A stretch of 64,000 nucleotides of DNA from a virus: IMG/VR virus record IMGVR_UViG_3300027779_002128, positions 1-64,000 of that record. The stretch is one strand, 5' to 3'. A program made the translations under genes and the position numbers. Below, piece after piece: positions 39,101 to 54,100 of this stretch; positions within the stretch are counted from its first letter, which is position 1; each line of letters opens with the position of its first letter. Under the pieces are notes generated by a model, which made no database searches, had not been told where the DNA came from, and saw only the letters and a program-made list of their open reading frames with translations.

Positions 39101-42100
39101 AATCTGCGTACCATGCCTTTCTACCTGTGACTGTAATTTTAGCGCCTGCACCAAATAAGTTTGTTACAATGCCGCTTGATAAGAACGAAGCATCTTCAAT
39201 TACAAATTTATTATCATATACACTTGCTTTACCCTCAACAGTTTTAGGTATCCAATATAGTTTCTTCTGCGGACTAACAAAGTAAACAGTCATCTCGTCT
39301 GTTAATGTAACTGCTGTATCAAGTGTAACTGTTTTAGTTGCTACATTTACCGCAGTAACATAACCAAATATAGTCATTGTTCCGCCATTGTTCCAAGACA
39401 TTACTTGTCCTGCTTTAACATACTGGTTACCATTAACATCGTTAAGTGAATCAAGTACAAATGTTGTTGAACTTGATACTGCACCATTAACTGTTATATA
39501 GTAATCATTAAGTGTTGTGCCTGGGAAGTATGATAATTGCACATAACTCTCTGCTCTAATATGGCTTGTATTACCAGGAGCAAGAGCAATCTCAACTCTC
39601 GGCATTGTTGAAGTTATTGCAGGGTCCTTGTATGATACATCACCACTGGTTACATTCCATGTCTTTGATTCGCCTAATTGTACTTCACCTATAGCTCTTA
39701 CATAGCGACTACTAATTTCAGTATCACCAGTGAGCTTACCGTTACCATCTGTAATTTGTATAATTTCGTTTATAGAAGCAACTGTGCCTGCTGTCAGTGT
39801 TACATTAGACGTCCATGCCGCATCTATTTCAACTACAGTAGGTATTGGACTTGTATCTTTAATTGTAAGTGCTGGTGGGTTATCTATATCGTATCCTGCA
39901 CCTTGGTTAATAACAATTACTTCAGCAATGCCGCCATTTTCGTCTAATTTAGTTACTGTTGCCGCTCCACCAACACCTGGTGTGCTAATGCTTTCGTTAA
40001 ATATAACTGTTAAGTTTGCAGGGTTAGTGTAACCGGAACCAGCTGATACTATACACACTTCGTCGCTTAATGGTGCTAGAACATTTGTTTCAGGTGTGCC
40101 ACCAATTAATCTCAGTCTATCACCTACCATGTAATTACTACCGCCTGTACTTCTGTTCGTAGTCTCTAGCGGTATTCTTGCAGGTGTCTCATATACGTCT
40201 GCGTTATTTGATCCTGGTCTTCTATAAAATTTCTCAAGACTGCCATCTGCTAGTCTTCTATAATCGTTAACAGTTATAGGACCTGCAACAGATCCACCAC
40301 CACCACCACCAACTGATACTGATGCGTTACCCTCGCCACCTTTGGTTAACTCTTTAGTTGGTGATATAAATGGTGCAACAAATGTTTCGCTTACTGTAGT
40401 TGATTGATCAAAACCTCTGTTAATATGGAAGTCGCCAACTTGTTTAAATGTTCCGCCGCCACATCCGTTTGCAATTGTAAATGGTAAACTGGTACAACTT
40501 ATTAATGCTAGTGTGTTAGTAGCATCGTCGATTTCAGCAGTAATACCCATATTAGCACAATTAACTTGTGTTTTAATATCTATGCCTGTTGATCCTCTCT
40601 TAACAATTCTTCTGCCGTTAATTAGAAGTTCGGTGCCATCTGCAATGCCAATAAGATCATTAAGGTCTATATCAGTTTCTGGTGTTGGCTTTCTTAAATA
40701 TGCTTGAGCAGTAGGGCCGCCATTGTAGTAGTTGCCGTTATTATCTATTGCTCTCGGTGTGATGTTAATAATAGGCATAGAATTGTATATTATATTATCT
40801 ACATCTGCTAATGCTAGTTCTTGTCGTTGCGTTTTAAGATACGTTTCAACATCTGACCCTGTAGGATTCCCGCCAGCAGTTTCGTCTGTTGATGTGTTTG
40901 TACCGGGCTCATCAAATGACGGCCCAGTATACTCAGTAGTATCATTTGCACTATCGTTTTTCCACTGGTTGCCAGCTTCAGTACTTGTAATATTATTTAC
41001 AGTAGTACCACCTAGTGATACAGTACTTCCTATTTTCCTAGGTGCATACTTAACATATTTTGTTGTCTTGTTTAAATCGTTACTGTTTTCTAAGTTTTTG
41101 CCCCACGGTTCGTCGGATGCTTCAGACGATTTTAATACATACGGAGTTCGACTTACTGTTGTTAACTTTTTAGCAAAAGGTATTATTAGTCCGCCACTTA
41201 CTCGTTGGGCTTGTCCACTTACTACTGTGTCTGCATCTAACTCACTTGAAGTGAATGCATAATTTTGTGGATCTAATACTTTTGCTTTTACTGGCAACTT
41301 AGCACTATATGGTAAGAAGTTAAATCCTGTTAAATGTTGTTGTCCTGGAGTTGTACTATTACCGACGCCTAAGCCTATACCACTTAAATCGATATATGGT
41401 ATCCAAATTCTCTCACCATTTGGCAAAGTAACCCACTCGCCGTCGAGCTGGAATTTGGACCAATTTACATAGCCTGGTGCAACACCTGGCGTATCTATGC
41501 CGCCACCGTTAGCCGTAATATCTGGACAATTTTCTCCTGACGGACATACACCTATATCAGACCAAAGGGTTAGTTGGCAAGAAGACCAGTTTGATGTATT
41601 GCCAACTGCACAATTTTGTACGTCAGCTAAAGCCTCATAGCGTCTTGCTTGAGAGTCTGTAGCAAAGGCGGCATATTTGTTAACCCAGGTACTGTTACCT
41701 GAAGTAGTATCTGCGTTGCCTGTTGTTGCAGGAGTTTCAACAGCACACGATCTTCCTGTGAATGTAAATCTTCCTTGTTTAACACCAACTGAGTGACTTT
41801 GGGTTGATTCACCCGCCTGTGTTTCTTCACTTGTAATTGTAAAGTTTGATACTCCTGTAGTACAAGTCCATGTCATATCAAAGTATCCAGGCCCTTTGTT
41901 ATTACCTGCTATCATTCGTACGAAGTAGTACTTGCCTGCTTCCATGTCAACATATCTATCACCAGGTTTGTTAGACTGATTATTATCGTCAGTTGTCATC
42001 CACCCAGTTCTTAATAGACAGTTATCTCTGTGATAGTTATACTTGTCAGATTTATCAAACCCATCTCCTTTAAAGTATTCATGTCTAGTATCAGCCCCTA

Positions 42101-45100
42101 CGCCTGCTAAGTCGTCAACTCCCATTCTAACTGGTTTTCCGTTATGAGATGTTGTTGTGTATTCACTTGATATCCACGCCCAAATACCATCGTCGGAATA
42201 ACCGTTACATAAGTAACGTCCAGTGTACGGTGCTTTAAAGTAACCTTTAAGTTCTGTTGAGCTGTACTTTGCTAATGTTGTTCGCTGTATTGTGCTAATA
42301 GTTGTTTTAGCTAATTCTCTAACACCTGGCCCTGTTGCAACTTTATCATGATTGTGACAATGTTGCCATTCCCCCCACTTTGCGTCTGGCATGCTGTTAT
42401 ATGCACCCGAGTTATAAGGATTAGGTAAACGCATATACGGATAGTATATGTTATCACAATGAACTTTCTTTTGGTATCCAGTTTTATTACGATCAAATCG
42501 TTCGTTGTCGGACTTATGTTGCCCAAAGTAACCCCAACTGTTAGTGCCTTGCCATGTACTTTTAACAGCACCTTGAGTATATGCAGTACTGTGTCCTTCA
42601 ACACATGCGGCTGTTGGCGGATTTATAAGGTCGCTGTCAACTACAGCACCAGTAAACTCAATAATTGCTTGCCATAAAACTGCTGTTGTTTGTGTATCTG
42701 CTCTAGTAACAGTAGAATCTGGTCTAATAAATATAGTAACATATTCGCCTAAACTACATTTCACAGCTGAACTTATAAAACCAATACCTGATACACCAAT
42801 ATCATGTTGTAACCACTTTGCTCTATTGTCGGCGTGATCAGACTTTTTAGTACTATCTAAGTCTGTATCGCCACTAAACTGTAACATTCCTGTGGTTGTG
42901 TTTATATGGTTTGCCGATACTCGTTGATCGCTTTCTGATGCAACTGGTCCCGGATTTGAACTAGCATCAAAAGCCCAATCTTCTCTGCTTTGGCGTTGGC
43001 TTATTAAATTAGAGTCTACAATATCATTACGCTTTAAGTTTGTGTTGCCAATAAAGTCTACACCGTATTGTGATACTTGATCGCCTTTTGTTCCTCTAGC
43101 GTCTCCAGATACTTGAGTACTTTCTAGTACTCTTGCGTTCATCCACCAATTCAGCTCTTTTGTTGGTCGCTTATTAGCACCATTAGGATTCTTTACCCAG
43201 CCACCGTTAGATACACCAGTCTCAGCACCAGTGAAAGGATTAATTACAGAGTCATCGACTAATCCAGCTTTGCCTTCTGTAGCATAAAAGTATGGTTCGG
43301 TGTTTTGCACCATTACTACACTTCCGTGTTCTAATTGTGTGGAACTTTCTAAGAAGTCAAAGAACACTCTAATAGAATTGTTTCCTGAAATATTTACATT
43401 TACATATTGCCAGTTACTGGTGTCAAATTTGTCTGCGTATGTACCTGCAGAAGTACCTGCAGAAAAGTCAAACGACTCATTGTCTGTATATGTTACACTA
43501 CCAGTTTGGTCAATACCAACGTCTGCCGCTTCTTCTTTAGTTAATACTATGTCTTCACCTCTGCGTTGAGCATTAGTGTTATCAATAATTGCATACTCTA
43601 GCTGACCTAGTTCAGCCGCACAAGAACTTGAATCATTAGCAGGTGATGTAAGTTCTGGTAGTGTTGCACAAGGTCCTGGTAAGCCAGCTAAGAACTCACC
43701 GTTTAACATTGGCCCTAGTGGTGTAGTGGGAATTGTATGGGCATTAGTTGTACCAGGTGCTAACTGTCCTGTTTTTCCTACGTTAACTTCACCATCAGCA
43801 ATTTGGTCACCTATACCTAATTCAACAGTTACACCTTCGTCATCACTGTCTGTACTTCCGCCTGCTACAGTAGTAGGTCTAAATAAATCTAAAATACTAT
43901 CTTCATTATAATCTGTTGGCAACCTATCAGCAATAGTGTTATTCCATCCTCTGCCTGCCCAACCTGTATCTGGTATTAGTCTGCTAGTATGTGCATTGCC
44001 AGGAAGTTCAGTAAGTCTAATATATTTTACCCTAGTTACTGTACCTGTGTAATTAGATAATACAGGGGTCGGTTGACCTGCGGCATTAAGTATGCTATAA
44101 TTCCAACTTGTGAGCTGGTTTGTATATACATGTTCTTCGGTCCAGAAACAAGCAACAAATAATTCTTCAGGGCGTATACCTGTAATACCTATATCTTCAT
44201 TAGTTGAAGTTACATATTCTGGTAATGTTATAGTTCCTGGCACCCTACCTAATATCTCTGCTTCTTCTTCAGATATTATGTTACCGTCGGTGTCTGTAAA
44301 TATTTCAATTTTATAAGCAACTGCTTCTGGACTCACAGTAAATTTCTTACTGTACATAAATCTAGGCATTAATCCGCTGTATGGTGTTTTGTCTGTCTCG
44401 ACATAACTTGCTACATCTGGATAATCAGTTGGTAAATGTGTATCATTTAGAGTATAGTAACCTCTACCATAACCGAATACTGTGTCTCCACCATTAACAC
44501 CAGGTAAGTACCCTGGTCCTTCAGGTCCATCTGATGGCTTCCACATATTTGGTTTAAGCCCTGGTGTCCACATAAAGAATTTGTTATGACCTGTGTCACT
44601 AACTGTAACAGTATTGCCTGTAATTTTTAATCCTGAAATAGCATTAATATTTGCTACAGGATCTGAATTGTTGCCGCCTGTAACTGCAAATGGTTCTTCT
44701 ATAGTTTGTAAACCAATAAATGCGGCTGGCTCAACTGGAGGTAAATTAACTACACTAACAGTTGATTCTACTCTCATAGGATCTAGTCTATTAGTAATTC
44801 TGTTACTAGCATCCACAGTTGGTGTAATGCCGTTTATGTAATAATATTCAGTTCGTTTGTAGTTACCAAAACTGCTCCATAAATTAACAGTTCCGTAATA
44901 GTCTATTGGTGAGTCAACTATCTCTGGATTAATTTTATCAACTAGTATGTAATAGACGTCACCGTTTGCCGAACCTGCACCATCGTTTTGTACAGCTTCG
45001 TAAACTTCAAATAAGTTTAGTTCACTAACAGCTAATCTAAATGTCGGTATAGTAACAGTACTTGAATTAGCAAGTGTTTTAGTAACTGTAGATAACATGT

Positions 45101-48100
45101 TATAGCTAATACGTTTTGTACCTGGCGCTGTAGCTGATACTGAGTTGTTAGTTGGTATTACATTTAGTAATAAATTTGCGTTATTTTCTGCTGTAGCATC
45201 TGCAAAGTATCCGCTTAATGTAGTAGAACTTGTATTGCCAACTAGCTCGGCCCAACGTGCCACTTCGAATACTGTGTTGTTTGACATAGTAATGTCGGCA
45301 CTTGCTTTATAACTCTTAGAGTTGTGACTAACAATAGCGCCAGACCAGTATGCTATATTTTCTAATGGATCTGAGCTAACTGTAAATCCTACAGACGCTT
45401 CCCACGTTGTATATTGTGCTACTGTCTGTGCTTGGTGGTTAGACGGCACAGCTGATTTATTACTATTCGCACTCGGGGTAGTAGTTTCTTGTGTTGAGGA
45501 ATATGCTCTATATTTTCCTAATGGTGCATTCCAAATATAGTATATTAATGTATCTGGATCAGTATATGCTAATCCATGAATTGGCCCACTATTAAGTGGT
45601 CCTGGATTAAACTCGTTATCAATAACATTTTCGCCTGCACTTGCATACGAAATACTCTTTTCAGATACTAATGCTCCGCCACTTATTTCGTTAACTAAAG
45701 ATGGATCATTAATGTATGCTCCGTAGTTACTAATGTACTTAGAAGATAATCCGTTAAACACCGTTGTGTCTGGATTATTCATTATAACAAATCCAACTTC
45801 TGAACCTCTATCTTTTTGTCTTACATGTTCTCTTCTTAAACCAATTGCTCTGTTAATAGAACTTTCAACTGCTTTAGCACTATTAATGTTGTCAATTTTA
45901 AAGGTGCTACCGTTAACATTTACTTCGTCAAATCCAAGTGTTGTAACCAGAGGGTATCTGTCCGAGTCTCTACCACGTTGTCTTGCAACTGATATTCCAA
46001 CCGGTGGATAAGTGTTAGCTGGTGTTACTGCTGGCAAGGCGTCTGTATGAATTTTTATTTTTGCGCCTTCTGATCTAACAAACTGTGGTGGAACAATATT
46101 GCTGTTAGCACTATATGTTACAATTATCTCATTTAGTTTTGGATCATTTGTAACGTCTACAACGTTTGTTGCTGTAGCACTATTAGTACCGTCGTATGCT
46201 GTTGCACCTGTTAACGTTGCTATTTTATGTTCGTAGTATGTTGCTGTTCCTGTTATAGGTGCCCATCTTCCGCCTATGTTAATAGTGTTAGGCGTTAATG
46301 AATCTATAATATAAGTTTTGTTATATGCTTTAGGGTCAGCAAAATGTACTGCTATAGATTTGTTTGATGACGCATATATTGGAGAGATTCCGTGAGGAGC
46401 CACTGTTTTAATTTGTATGCCATCACCGTAAATTGAACCTGATGAGAACCCAGGTATATATGGTGCTTTGATTATAACATTGTCTGTGTCTATAACAGTA
46501 TCAATATTGTATGCACCACTAAATGTATTTGTAAATACTCTAATAGTATCACCGACTGTAAGACAGTGATTTGCAATTGTTAGTTTAGATTTATTTAAAT
46601 GCCTAATAGTAACATTTTGAGAATACCCAATTGTTGAGCCTGATGTAATGTCTTCAAACTCAAATCTTCTATAACCAGTGTCTGTTACTGTGAAGTGAGT
46701 TGCACCATTAGGGGTAAACGTTGTTACTACTTTTGCTTCGTAACCTATGTTTTTTAAGTTTGTGATTACGTTTGCTACACCAAAAGCAGGATGCTGTAAA
46801 ATAAAAGTTCCTGTAGTTGTGTTGTACGATATTAATTTAAATCTACGATTTTGTATAACTTTTATAGCATCATATGTTGCTTGTTCACTTACGGTTCTCG
46901 GGGTAGTTATTTTAAATGCTAAACTATCTTTCATGTCGCTTAAGAATCGAATACCAACTTTAGTTGCATTATTGCTAGCCGCGGCATATAGTTTTGCTAT
47001 TGGTGATGTAGCTGGTGTTGTTTTAGTTGCTGTTGCTGTTGCATTGCCACTAACTGTTACTGCAACTGATGTAGCACTATAACCACTACCTCTGTTGTAC
47101 ATAACAATACTGTCAACTAATGCATTTAGTGTTGATGTTAGTAACGCTGTTACAGTTGCATCACCTTGTACAGTAATTGTTGGTGCTGTTGTATATCCTG
47201 CACCTGCATTTGTTACTGTTACTGCTGTAATAGTTCCATCAGAATTAATTGTAGCTGTTGCTGTTGCAACATTTGCCAATCCGAATGTTGGACTACTTGA
47301 ATCTGGGTCAGTATTTTCTGGGTCGCTAATTATTAATATTGGTGCCGCATATCCTAAACCACCGTTACCTATTGTAACTGCTGTGCTTATAGGACCAATA
47401 ATTGTTGCTAGTGCTGATGCAGTATCGCTTGTAGGACTAGCTGTAAGTGTAACTGTTGGAGCACTAGCATAACCAGAACCTCCACTGCTAACTGTGATAC
47501 TCTCGACCCTAATTGGATCTACAACAACTTGATTTGTTCCACCAGCAGTAAGTGTCGCAGGATTCTGAGTTTCTATACCAACATTGTCTACTAACTGAAA
47601 TGCGTCTAAATTGCTTATGCTTGTTATGTCACCAGTTGCTACAACTTTATCACTCTTGTTTATAGGGGTTAACGTAACACCATTAATAATTTTACCTAAG
47701 TGAGGATTAACTGCTGTAATTGTTTTGCTTACTTGAGGCCCAATACTTTCAATACGAGCCTGAATCATTTGCGGAGCACTAAAGTCTGTAATCTGAGATT
47801 GTTTTTCTTGTACTACATTTTCGTTAGTCCACACAACCACTTGATTGTTTATGTTTGCATTGTCTAGAGACAAGTAGTAATCTAAATACTTGCCAGAATC
47901 TGTTGTACCAATTTCATTGGTATCTAAGTAGTTAAATAAACTGTCATTAGTTAGTAATGATACTTTCCCGCCTGCATTTCTTTTTAGGTAGTGAACTGAT
48001 GCGTCTGTTGGCGTTAGTTTATAAACATTCCAGTCGTTATCTTCACTGTATGCAATATGTACTAAGTCGTTTGTTGTAGGCTTAAATATTAAATCACTGC

Positions 48101-51100
48101 TGTATAGCTCTGGCAGACTAGCGATATCAAATGACTGGAAGGTAACATTACCCTTGTTCACATAACCAGCATTTTTAATGGTAGCATACTTAGGATCTGT
48201 TAAACCAGATGCATTAACTAATTTAGTTGTTGGCCACAAGTTGTTTTCTTTAACACCTGTAGGCTTTTTAATAAACCTTGTTGAGTCATCAATATCAATT
48301 AATATTGTGTCATCGTTTTTATCGTCGGCTGTAACTGCGTAGTTTCTTTTAGTTCCCATTCTAACAGCAATACCGTCTTGTGCTGTTACTTTAATGTTTA
48401 ATACAGCACCAGGTATATCAGTTTTCAATGATGTAGCTAGTGTTACTGTTGGATCTTCTATAACCTTAATTACAGTTCCACTTGCAATAACTTTAACTAT
48501 TTGCTGTTGCTTACCATCAGCATCTGCTGTAGTAGGTGGATTCATGATAGTTGACTTAACACTCTCCGGAAGTCTCTTAACATCTGGGAATGTAACACTG
48601 GCACCATTTGCGGCAATAGTAAACATTGTTCCGTTTACTGTTGTGTACTGCTGATCAGCAGTACTAGAATTATTGTCGTGATCACCGAATGCTAATGAGT
48701 TGTGATTGTTACTTATTAACACATTGCCGATATATAAATCAACAAACTTATAGTTACCGTCTTCGCCAACTTCTAGATTGTTTGTATCAATCGCCGTGCT
48801 TAATGTAATTGTAAAACTGTTGTTTTGTTCTGGGTATACAATAACACCATCTGCTCTAGTGGCAGTAGTATCTAAACTTGGATACGTTGCTGTTGTTGTT
48901 ACAGAACTAATGCTACCTGAATCATATGTAAAATATGAAGAAGCAACCGCTGTACCGTCTATTGTTACGGCTACATCGTTAATTGTTGTTTGCGTAGTTG
49001 AACCAGCCATTGCACTTGATACTGCATATCTTTGTATAGGTTGGTAATGTACATTGGCATTAGAATTATCAGTACCAAAGTTGTCTGCATTGTCTAAGTA
49101 AAAATCTTTACCGGCAAATATTGCAGTATATTTTGTTACTGTTGAACTTCCACTAATAACTTCTGATGGTACTAAACTAACTTTTACATTAGCATTAATG
49201 GCTAAGTTATCATTAATCGCTGTTAGTACATTTGCTGTAGTAATAGCACTTCCACCATTTGTTACTGTAATTACTTGTGCGGTATTTGAACTTAACGCAT
49301 CAGCAATAGTAATTGATGCAGTTGTTTGTGTAAAGTCAAAGTAGTTGCTTATAGGTGCAATAGTTTTATTAATTGTTGAACTACCTGAACTAAGTACTAT
49401 ATTACTTGCTAGTACTTTTGCAGTAGGTATTGCCCCGTAACCACTTCCTGAGTTTGTAACAGTTATTTTTTGTAGTTTACTTGTTGCTGTATCTAGTGTT
49501 GCTGTAGCTGTTGCTTGTACTCCACCTATTCCTGGTCCGGAGATTTCAATACTAGGCACAATGTTATATGCATAAGTGGCATCTACAACATCGACTCTTT
49601 CAACAATGTTAGTAACATTTTCTGGAAAGTCTAAAGTAATTAATTGCGGGTCTTGAGTTATTTCTGTTTTAACAAGTTTTAGCTCAATGCTTTGATCATT
49701 TTCAGTGTCGCCGAAGTCGCCCACTCTAAGAGCCCATTCATCAAATATGCTAACGTTACCTGATACTACTGCACTACTTCTAGCAATTCTTCCTAAACTT
49801 TCTTTAGTACCTTTGCCTTGTATCATGCCTCTGTAGAAATCAAACTGCTCATCATCTTGAATATCAAGTTCAGTTAAGTAGTCCCGTTCAGTGTAACCAA
49901 ATAATGATCTACTTGCTTGGTATACTTGCTTCTCTACTGGAATAAATCCAAACTCGTGATAACGTCCTAGGCTCTCTGCCATGTTATCTAAGTTAGGTAA
50001 TAATTCTTCACCATCAATAATAAATCCTTGACTTAAGAATTTGCCTTCCCAGTTTGCTGTTCGTTGTCCTTTAAGTTTAATACGTTTGTGTCGTTGATTA
50101 AACGTGTCATTAAAAATAACATCACTAAAGTTTGTTTCGTTATCAAATACCAATGCATGTTCAATCTCTTTAGTAAACAACATTAAACTATAAATTTGGC
50201 TTCCAGTTGGTGGACTTACTTCTATGTAATCATTTTCTCTAAGAATAGTACAATGCGTAGGATCTATTCCTTCGCCTATTTGATCTAGTATTGCAAACTG
50301 CTCTCTGTCTGTTCTATTAATTTTTGCAATGAATCCTCTAGGAGCAATAAACTTAACATTGCCGGCTAGTGGAGATAGTTCAATAGTGTTACCTATTTGC
50401 CATACGCCAGTTGTCCAGAACAAAAATTGTTTTGCACTATAGGCCCAATCTTTAACAGCGGCAATGTCGCTGTCAAACTGGCTAAAATCAAAACCTTGAC
50501 TGGCTTGGAATCTACCTAAGTTAATCATTAGATCAACAACTTCTTGTACTGTTGTGTACTCAGTTTCATATGGAATACGTTTTATTACTTCAGTTGAATC
50601 TAAATACTGTACTGCTGTTGCAGAATCAATCTGAGGTAGTTTAGCAAGCCTTTGCCATAACTTAGTATCAAATATTGTACCTGATGTTATACTTAACGGT
50701 GCTTGATAAAAATTATTTCTATATTGTACAATATTGCCAGTGCTGTAAGTTACACCTTGTTTCCATACAGAAAATGTTTCAGGATCTCCGCCAACTTCTA
50801 TTCTCAGAGATTTTCCTGTTTTAATACCTTCTATTACTTCAAAGTATCCTCTGTTCTTATCAAATCCTCTAACTCTATATCCAGTTGAAGTTTGTTCAAC
50901 AACAACACCTGAGTAGAAGTTTCTTGACTTGTAGTTACTACTATGCAATGTTGTTGTAATATTTTCTTTAGGAATAATTAAACTTGTAGCATTACCGGAA
51001 TTACTATATTGGTCTGTTCTTGCAGAAAGTGTGTCTTTGTCAATAAAGCCACTCATTCTATGTGCAAGTTTAACATTAAGTGAACGCAACGGTGTAGCAA

Positions 51101-54100
51101 AGTTTAGTGTAGTATCTAACCCTTGGAACTTTAACCAACTATTAATAAACTGCGTGTAACCAATGTTAGTGTGCATTTTACCAGTAGTTTTATTTACATC
51201 ACCGTGAATTTTAAAATCTGTTGTGTTTAAGAACTTCCAACGTTTATTAGTATTTTTACTTAAGAACTGTGTATTGTTAACTGCTGGTCTTGACAACGTT
51301 GTAGGGTCTGAGAATACAGTTGCAAAACGACCTGGCTTAGCTAATAGTAATGCTTCTGCTAAGGCAAACGGATATGTTGAACTGTACTTAAATGCATTTT
51401 CTACTGGTGCGCCATCACCAAATTTCCATACACCGTCTAAGCCTGTGCCTTTTGCTAATGTAGTAGATTTAGTACTTGTTAATGCCGCTGTTGCTGATGA
51501 ATTAGTTTTGCCAGAAAATGTGCTGTTGTCTTTACCAGAAACAGATACTGTTACTTTAGCTCTAACACCGCCGCCACCTGTTATTGTTGCTGTTGCATAA
51601 GTATAACCAGAACCAGGAGTTGTTACGGTCACACTTGTTAATTTTTTATTTGTAATTACTGCTGTAGCCGCCGCGTTGTTACCGTCTCCTGTTATTACTA
51701 CACTTGGTGCAGAAGTATATAATCCACCTTTATCTGTAACATTTATTGAAGTTACAGCACCTACTTGTTCTGAAACACTTCTGTACTCTCCTTTCCATCT
51801 ATCTGTACTAATAATACCGCCACCTACATGATAAGGGAAAGCAGGTGTGCCGTCAGCATTGATGGTTGCTACATAGTGATAAATTGGTGTTGCACTATCC
51901 GGTGTTACAGCTAATCTCATGTTGTAGCTAGTTGTATATCCACTAGAACCGGCACTTGCACTTATTTTAAAGTCTTTTATATATTGTCCAGTTGGCTTTC
52001 CGCCTGGTCCAGTTGTTTCGTCTGCGTTGCCAGTTCCCCTTGCTCTTGTATCTAATTCCCAACCGCTTTTTATTCTAACAATACTACTTGTATTGTCTGA
52101 TGCATCACTATAACCATATGGTCCGTAAATTGGTAAACCATCAAATGCCCAACCCACAATAGGTGAAGCAGAGTCTGTTGCCCATGCTGTTAAGCCAATT
52201 ACTTCTGGTGTTATAGTGTAATGTGTTTTTACACCAGCCGTTGTAATAGTAGAATTGCCTAAGCCACTCTCTTGTCCTTTGTTATAAATCCATGTTGCTG
52301 TGTCGTACGTCTTATTGTTGTCCCACCACTTGCCACTGTCTAGACTCATTAACGGATCACCGTTAACTAGTACACCAACGGCGCCTGCTTTTGTTTGACT
52401 AGATGCATTCCAAGATGATGAATCATTTAATTGTGTTAATCTAGGAAAAGCAAATGTTGTTTTTTGCTCTGTAGTTTTACTAGTTGTAGTAGGTAAGTTA
52501 TTACTTTCAACATACAATTTGTTATTATCTGTACTAACACTAATACCATCTAATGCTCTAAAACTACCTGTTCTAAACGCAAACAAACTGTCTGCTGTTC
52601 CTGTAGTGTTAGCCCAGTCTACTGTAATAGACGAACTATCTGTTGTTTTAATTCTGTAAGGGCTTATAAGTTTAGCACTAGAATCTATAGGTAAAACTTT
52701 ACTTAACCCAATACGTCTGTATGGATTATTAACTGTATAACTAGTTGTGTTTTTTCTAGGTCCTTGTCTAATAATACCTTGTTCTAAGTCAGCCCACAGT
52801 ACTATATTAGTTGAGCCATAATTAATAGACGGGGTACTTTTACTAACATCGGTATCAGCATACACATAATATTGTGCATCAAACCATAACGGCTTTTCTG
52901 TAAAGCCTAGCATTTCCCACGGATGAGTGTTAGGTCTTACTGTATCGTAATAGTACTCGTAAAATCCTCTCCAATGTCCTGGTAAGTCTGTTGAGCTATA
53001 GTTCCATGTCCATTCATCAGTAGAATCATAAAATTCATTTACAACTGGATCTAGTTTGTTGCTAATATTCCATGCTGAGAAGTAATGTCTTAATAAATCG
53101 TGAAACTCGTTGTGAGTATATCCGTTAGTTCTAAATGCACCACATCTTATATCTATACTGTTGTACGCTGGTAGACTGTTAGCTGTTCTAAATTCTGCTT
53201 TTGCAGAGTTGTAAATTCTAGTTTCAAATTCTAAAAGAATATCGTCTCTAAAATCACCAAATGCTTTTTGTCTACTTCCGTCATGTCCTATTAGTGTTGA
53301 TATGCTCGTTTTAAAACTTGTATCTGTTGCTATTATTGGTTGGTGTAAAGGTAGTATACCCATTGTACTTGGAGTCGGTGGGCACTGAGCACTATCTCTT
53401 TCTGCGTTATACAGTTTAGTACATAGTGTGTCGCCTGCTGTTACTGTAGTTACTAATGTTATTTCTATTGGGTTATAACTTGAAATAGTATAATCTTTTT
53501 CAACAGTTAATAATTTATTATTTAAGTATACTAGCAGACTGTTCTCAATTAAGTCTAAGTCTAAATACTTAGTTAATGTGTAAGCAGTTGTACCTAGTGT
53601 AATAATAAAGTCTTGTTTAGTATAGTTGTCTCCAAAAGGCAAGATATATGTTTTACTGAATACATCTTTGCCAATCTTAAAACTGGTAACGTTTCTTAAT
53701 ACTTGCTCGAGAATATATTCATTGGACAAACCTGTTACAGATTTATCTGAGTAATATTTTTCTATCTCATGTCTTACGCGATTTTTAAATTTAACATATT
53801 CATTTGCATTAAATCTTAATGCATCAACTAAGTTGCCTGGCTGGTCGTCAAGTAGAAATGCGCCAAGCAAAATGTCTTGATTGGTTTGCACTATATTGTT
53901 TTCAATACCAGCAACTTTAGGACCGTCTTGGTAGTTGTTACTACCTAATGATTTTCCTGTAAACCCTTCTTGTCCTTCAATATGATCTTTAAATTGTCCT
54001 GTGTACTCTGGTGCACTAATATATGTTATGTCAGTATTCTTAGTGTTATGTCCCCAACTTAATGGTATTTCGTATTTACTAATACCAGTTGTGCTAACTA